A stretch of 64,000 nucleotides of DNA from an uncultured virus (IMG/VR IMGVR_UViG_3300044644_001243). Its lineage: Duplodnaviria; Heunggongvirae; Uroviricota; Caudoviricetes. Both the position numbers and the translations under genes were made by a program. Position 1 is the first letter of the stretch. Every line of letters begins with the position of its first letter. The notes under the pieces are model-generated. The model did no database searches. It was not told where the DNA came from and saw nothing but the letters and a program-made list of their open reading frames with translations. The stretch covers positions 62,001 through 126,000 of IMG/VR virus record IMGVR_UViG_3300044644_001243; one strand, given 5' to 3'. This document shows, one piece after another, positions 59,833-64,000 of the stretch.

Positions 59833-59915
59833 AATGTTTGTTTTTGATTACAATACAAATATAGTAAAAATAAAATAACCTACCAAATATTTGATAGGTT
59901 ATTTTTAAATTATTT

Positions 59916-60353
59916 TTAATTTCTTCTTCTTGGAAAAAACCCTTGGTCGGGGTCACCTAAACTACAAGTCTCCAAATCTTCATACGTACCTTTGAATGAA
60001 GCTGAAACTAATTTTAAAGGGTATTTAAGTTTTAATATTTGTTCATCGTAACAACCAATGTCAATACCTTTACTTCTATTGTAATCAGTATGTTCATCAA
60101 TTTGTTTCATCAATGGATATTCACCCTCAAATTTCAAATCCTCTGCATTGTTCCAAAATGCTAATAGTTCATACATATCGTATTTAGGTTCACCACTAAT
60201 TTCTTTTGTTCCTAGTTCACCATAATCTTGATAGTAATCTTTGATAAACCCACCACCAAATTCTTTTGGTATTAAGAATTTAAAAGGTGTACCATAAGCA
60301 ACATTTTCAGTGTTCGTTAATTCATCTGCTTTGTTCCAACTAAAACTTCCCAT
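59916..60353 (-). CDS. Hypothetical protein
   Basis: 145 aa; MGSFSW...YELLAFWN...YPLKLV...DPDQG. Confidence 0.75.
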   Translation of the reverse strand: MGSFSWNKADELTNTENVAYGTPFKFLIPKEFGGGFIKDYYQDYGELGTKEISGEPKYDMYELLAFWNNAEDLKFEGEYPLMKQIDEHTDYNRSKGIDIGCYDEQILKLKYPLKLVSASFKGTYEDLETCSLGDPDQGFFPRRRN

Positions 60354-60429
60354 AATCTTTATTTTTAATGTTTAACAAATATAAGAATAATAATCCAATC
60401 TACCAAATATAAATTGGATTATTATTAAA

Positions 60430-60624
60430 TTATTTGTTGTACTTATCTTTTAAGAAATTTTCCATACATTCGTATTCACCTTTGGTGTCAACATTGAATT
60501 TGCTTTTGTCATACTCATCATATAAACTTGGCAAATCATCCCATTGCTCGTCATAACAAGCGTCAGCAAATTCCTTGTCATAAAATTTGATAAGGTTGCT
60601 AAATAAATACATACTATAATCCAT
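60430..60624 (-). CDS. Hypothetical protein
   Basis: Start revised to MDYSM. Confidence 0.65.
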   Translation of the reverse strand: MDYSMYLFSNLIKFYDKEFADACYDEQWDDLPSLYDEYDKSKFNVDTKGEYECMENFLKDKYNK

Positions 60625-60714
60625 AGGTTCTAAAGTTTTAATTGGTTTGTTTAACAAATATAAGAATAAAGATTGGATAAACAATAACATTCATCCAATC
60701 TTTTTAATTTTATT

Positions 60715-61554
60715 TTAAACTAATTTACCTTGGTTACTCAAAATTCGTTTCTCTTCCAACAAATCTTTTGTATTACTTTCAGTACTACTCATTATTAGTT
60801 GCCTTAACATTTGGTCTTCCATACCAACTTCCTTTAAGATATACTGCATAGTTTCTCCGTCAACATCAATTACTTTTAACTTCGCAATAATGTCTTTTAC
60901 AATATTATGGTTATCATCTGAATAACATAAAAAAGTTGGTACACTTGGTAACTCAAAGTCTTCTTTAAACATATCTCTAAAATAGCCACCATTTTGTTGG
61001 TTATTTGCTTTTTCATCCAACCATTCAACTTTAACACAATTATCGTTACTTTCGTGTTCCGTTGTATAGTCTTCGGTTACTCTCGCTTTAGCACCACCAT
61101 TAACACTATAATATTGTCTTGTTTCTTTCCACTCAACAATACTATCTTTTGGTATTAATACCTTTGGTTCTTCCTTGGGTAATGTTGCAACATATTCTGC
61201 TACACTTCTAGGTTTAAATTTATCCTCTATTTCTTCTTTTGGTTCTTCGAATAAACCATACCAATTACACTCTATTGGTTCATTAATGGTTAAATCTAAT
61301 GCAATGTTAATATCAGTAACACTTCTTTGTAGTATCTCTACATTATCATACCCAATACTTTCTTCCAATTTAACTTGATTAGTAAATAGTATCTCGTGAC
61401 TATCAACATTAGTACGTTTAACACATTCAATACGTTTTTCAACTTCTGCTATCTTATCAGACAAATCTGTCAACGCCATATCAACTTCATCACCTATTTG
61501 ATACAAGTCCCAACGTTTTAAAGTTTCTACTAAATTGTTAAATTCATTTCTCAT
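60715..61554 (-). CDS. Hypothetical protein
   Basis: About 280 aa; start revised to MRNEF. Confidence 0.75.
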   Translation of the reverse strand: MRNEFNNLVETLKRWDLYQIGDEVDMALTDLSDKIAEVEKRIECVKRTNVDSHEILFTNQVKLEESIGYDNVEILQRSVTDINIALDLTINEPIECNWYGLFEEPKEEIEDKFKPRSVAEYVATLPKEEPKVLIPKDSIVEWKETRQYYSVNGGAKARVTEDYTTEHESNDNCVKVEWLDEKANNQQNGGYFRDMFKEDFELPSVPTFLCYSDDNHNIVKDIIAKLKVIDVDGETMQYILKEVGMEDQMLRQLIMSSTESNTKDLLEEKRILSNQGKLV

Positions 61555-61592
61555 AATATTTGTTTTTAATTGTTTCAACAAAGATAAATAAA

Positions 61593-61862
61593 CTATTTCA
61601 ATTTTCCAAATTTATTTTCAAATTTCTTACTTACCCAACTATAATTCCCACTTGCAAAAATTTCCATTATCTCATTATCAACATAATCACCCTCGGCAAT
61701 TAGATTCATAACCCTATTATGTTTTTTAGCAAATAATTTTTTATCTTTGTGGTCGCCCATTGGATAAAAATAAATGTGTGTACTTGTTTCTAATACCCTC
61801 TCGTATTTTATATCGTCAGTACTACGTAAACAACTTTTAACTATTTTCATAACATTAATCAT
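61593..61862 (-). CDS. Hypothetical protein
   Basis: 89 aa. Confidence 0.65.
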   Translation of the reverse strand: MINVMKIVKSCLRSTDDIKYERVLETSTHIYFYPMGDHKDKKLFAKKHNRVMNLIAEGDYVDNEIMEIFASGNYSWVSKKFENKFGKLK

Positions 61863-62085
61863 TAATATGTTCCCAACCCTCTAACTCTTCCAATTCCATA
61901 CCCATAGGTCTTAACCCATATGGTTCTGCGTCCAAATAGTAATCAAAGGTATAACCCAATGGTTCTATCTCACTCAATATCCTATCTAACTCAAAATAGG
62001 TGTTTCCACTATCCTCATCAAATGATTCCAATATTGCTTGTACTTCGTTTGGTATCAACTCTGGTGTTTCAAATAAATCTTTCAT
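61855..62085 (-). CDS. Hypothetical protein
   Basis: 76 aa; GYTFDYYLDAEPYGL. Confidence 0.7.
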   Translation of the reverse strand: MKDLFETPELIPNEVQAILESFDEDSGNTYFELDRILSEIEPLGYTFDYYLDAEPYGLRPMGMELEELEGWEHIND

Positions 62086-62145
62086 AACTTTTATTGTTTT
62101 GTTTAATCAAAGATAAGCATAAGTTTTCACTTATGCAAATCTTTT

Positions 62146-62685
62146 TTAATAATTCGTAACTAATTTTAATTGATAATCATAACTGAATTTTCCGTTGTTA
62201 TGTTCATCACAACATTTAGCACAAGCATAAGTCTTTCTAATCACTTTGTGTTTTGGTGTTTCTTTACCACAACTCTCACATAACAAAGTATATTTTGATT
62301 TAGGTAAATTAACACTATCACTACTAAAACATCTTTTAGCGTCACAACCAATTTGTTTTGCAATATGTTGCCAATTGTACCCATGACCTCTTCCGTCCCT
62401 TACACCATACACGTGAACACAAAATGCGTGTGCCAATTCGTGCAACATAGTGTCAGTAATCTTTGTGTCTATTTTATCTAAATTTTCATTACATAGTGGC
62501 ATAGATAAACCAATAGTTTTTTTACCATAACTACAGCAACCAAATCTACGTTTTGCACTATCAAACTTAAACGTATAACCTAATTGTTCACCACTCAATG
62601 TATAAACCCCATGGTACGTGTTAAACGTGAATTGTTTTGTCATTAATGTTTCTGCCATTAATCTTACGTCATTTAAATTTTTCAT
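62146..62685 (-). CDS. SprT-like zinc metalloprotease
   Basis: AKRRFGCC, TMLHELAH, GHG..W, C-terminal CxxC pairs. Confidence 0.85.
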   Translation of the reverse strand: MKNLNDVRLMAETLMTKQFTFNTYHGVYTLSGEQLGYTFKFDSAKRRFGCCSYGKKTIGLSMPLCNENLDKIDTKITDTMLHELAHAFCVHVYGVRDGRGHGYNWQHIAKQIGCDAKRCFSSDSVNLPKSKYTLLCESCGKETPKHKVIRKTYACAKCCDEHNNGKFSYDYQLKLVTNY

Positions 62686-62818
62686 TGTGTTTTGTTTTAT
62701 TGTTCCCTACAAAGATAAACATTATTTTTAATTCTGCAACTATTTTGTGAGAAAATAATTATTTTTTTTTATGCAACAAAAGTTTGTTTTTTAAATATAT
62801 TATCCCTACCTTTGTTTT

Positions 62819-62875
62819 GTTGGTGGTGATAACCGAAACGGGTCGAGGGAAATCTTGAAAGAGTAGACTCCAACC
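62819..62875 (+). ncRNA. Repeated structured element copy 11 (divergent)
   Basis: TACCTTTG at 62807; cgagg-GAAA-tcttg AAAGAGTAGACTCC. Confidence 0.55.
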
Positions 62876-62990
62876 TACCTTATATTTTTTTTACCATATA
62901 AGAAAAAAATTTGCAAAGGTACAAAATAAATTCGACCTTTGCAAATAAAGTTATTTACAAGGGGGTGTTGATAACCCCCTTGTAACTTTG

Positions 62991-63875
62991 TTAGTAATTT
63001 AAAGCAAATTCCAAACTTGCTTGGTTCATATTGTAACCCGTTCCTTGTAACAAAGTTTCAACTTTACCATTGTCACGTTTTGGTGCTGACAATTCGTGTG
63101 TAGTGTAATATGTAATTCCACTATGTAAACCCCACAACGTGTCACCTTTGCTATTCATTTCACGTTCAATAGCGTTGTATAAAGCATCCATTTTGTTTAT
63201 ACTACGTGTAGACTTATCTGACAAGTCTTTTACACTTGTATACACTTTGTCAAACCCTAATAAGTGTTTAACCATTTTGTGTGCCAAATCACGTGAAACT
63301 TGCGTACTTGCAAATTGATTGTAGATTTCAATTTGTCTTAATGATTCAGATAAAGCCGTTTCAATAAGGAAAGGAATTTCTTTGATTCTACGTTCCAAAC
63401 TTGCCGTATGACGAAATTTAGATTGTCCACTTTTGTAGAACTTAAAAAATTGGTTACTGCAACTCATAGTTAAATCACCAATACCTACCGATAGACCCGT
63501 ACTGCCGTCATTACTATCCACGATAGTAATATACTTCTTAATAGTGTCACCATTAACTTTGCCGTCACCATTGATAGCAAGTTGTAAAAACACTTTGCGT
63601 CCACCATTCAACGCACCACCTTTGGTAACTTGAATATCGTTTCCGAAAGGTTCAATTCCACGCATAACCAACTCAACAACCTCTTCGTTTTGAGATACCG
63701 TATAACCCTCTTTTACGGTGTTAATCACTTCATTCGTGCTTGAATTAATCAAACCGAAATACTCACTTGGTACATAGATACCATTAGAATTTAAAGCCAT
63801 CATAGGTGCTTTTTCAATTGTAAAATCTAATCCATTAGACTTTAAAATTTCTTGTACTTTTTCTTGTGTGTTCAT
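62991..63875 (-). CDS. DUF932 (LGT_TIGR03299-type) protein
   Basis: GLDFTIEK, YTVSQNEE, GGRKVFLQ, SNDGS, CSNQF, RHT, TLWGLHSGITYY. Confidence 0.85.
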   Translation of the reverse strand: MNTQEKVQEILKSNGLDFTIEKAPMMALNSNGIYVPSEYFGLINSSTNEVINTVKEGYTVSQNEEVVELVMRGIEPFGNDIQVTKGGALNGGRKVFLQLAINGDGKVNGDTIKKYITIVDSNDGSTGLSVGIGDLTMSCSNQFFKFYKSGQSKFRHTASLERRIKEIPFLIETALSESLRQIEIYNQFASTQVSRDLAHKMVKHLLGFDKVYTSVKDLSDKSTRSINKMDALYNAIEREMNSKGDTLWGLHSGITYYTTHELSAPKRDNGKVETLLQGTGYNMNQASLEFALNY

Positions 63876-64000
63876 CTTATTTGTTTTTTAGATTATTAAT
63901 ACATTACAAATGTAACGCTTTTTTTTTAATTTCCAAACTTTTTATATAAAATAATGAAAAAAAAATTATTTTTATTTTTAATCACTTTTTTCTTGCATAT

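Larger units (their letters stand above)
43581..62146 (-). promoter_or_regulatory. Family of fused hairpin terminator / Bacteroidota sigma-A promoter cassettes (about 13 copies)
   Basis: Minus-strand consensus aaagatTTG-CATAAGT-GAAA-ACTTATGC-tTATCTTTG at about 43581, 43977, 44848, 46217, 46487, 47520, 47725, 48012, 52921, 57716, 58977, 59362, 62108. Confidence 0.8.

Noticed and set aside
39911..62875. Repeated elements as a CRISPR array or integron attC sites
   Set aside because: They are dispersed kilobases apart, each has its own promoter, there is no repeat-spacer periodicity or GTTRRRY/RYYYAAC ends, and no cas or integrase gene is in the window
1..64000. Stop-codon reassignment as seen in some Bacteroidota jumbo phages
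   Set aside because: Core genes are intact in the standard bacterial code, and TAG and TGA both appear as ordinary stops (for example the capsid gene ends in TAG)

Overview
A 64 kb segment of a large, AT-rich T4-like (gp17/gp20/gp21/gp23) tailed phage genome. The host is probably Bacteroidota, inferred from ubiquitous TTTG...TAnnTTTG promoters and A-rich, SD-less translation starts. Bases 1-38.7 kb hold the head module (major capsid, scaffold, prohead protease, portal, terminase), putative virion-internal proteins and accessory enzymes (ThyA, ClpC-like ATPase, thioredoxin, RNase H-like, LpxH-like, GT2, HNH). Two gene pairs there are joined by apparent -1 frameshifts at homopolymer runs. A repeat/G-tract junction at about 38.8-39.0 kb opens a compositionally distinct early-type region (39-64 kb) of more than 50 small genes, almost all with their own promoter, and nearly free of AGCT/GGCC sites. 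The top candidate for a new system is a dispersed family of 11 elements in that region. Each is a host-type promoter followed at a fixed distance by a covarying hairpin cassette with an invariant AGA(G/C)TAGACTCC core, which suggests a multicopy phage small RNA. Fused terminator/promoter hairpin cassettes and further candidate structured ncRNAs are also present. All motif counts were made by eye and no database searches were run.
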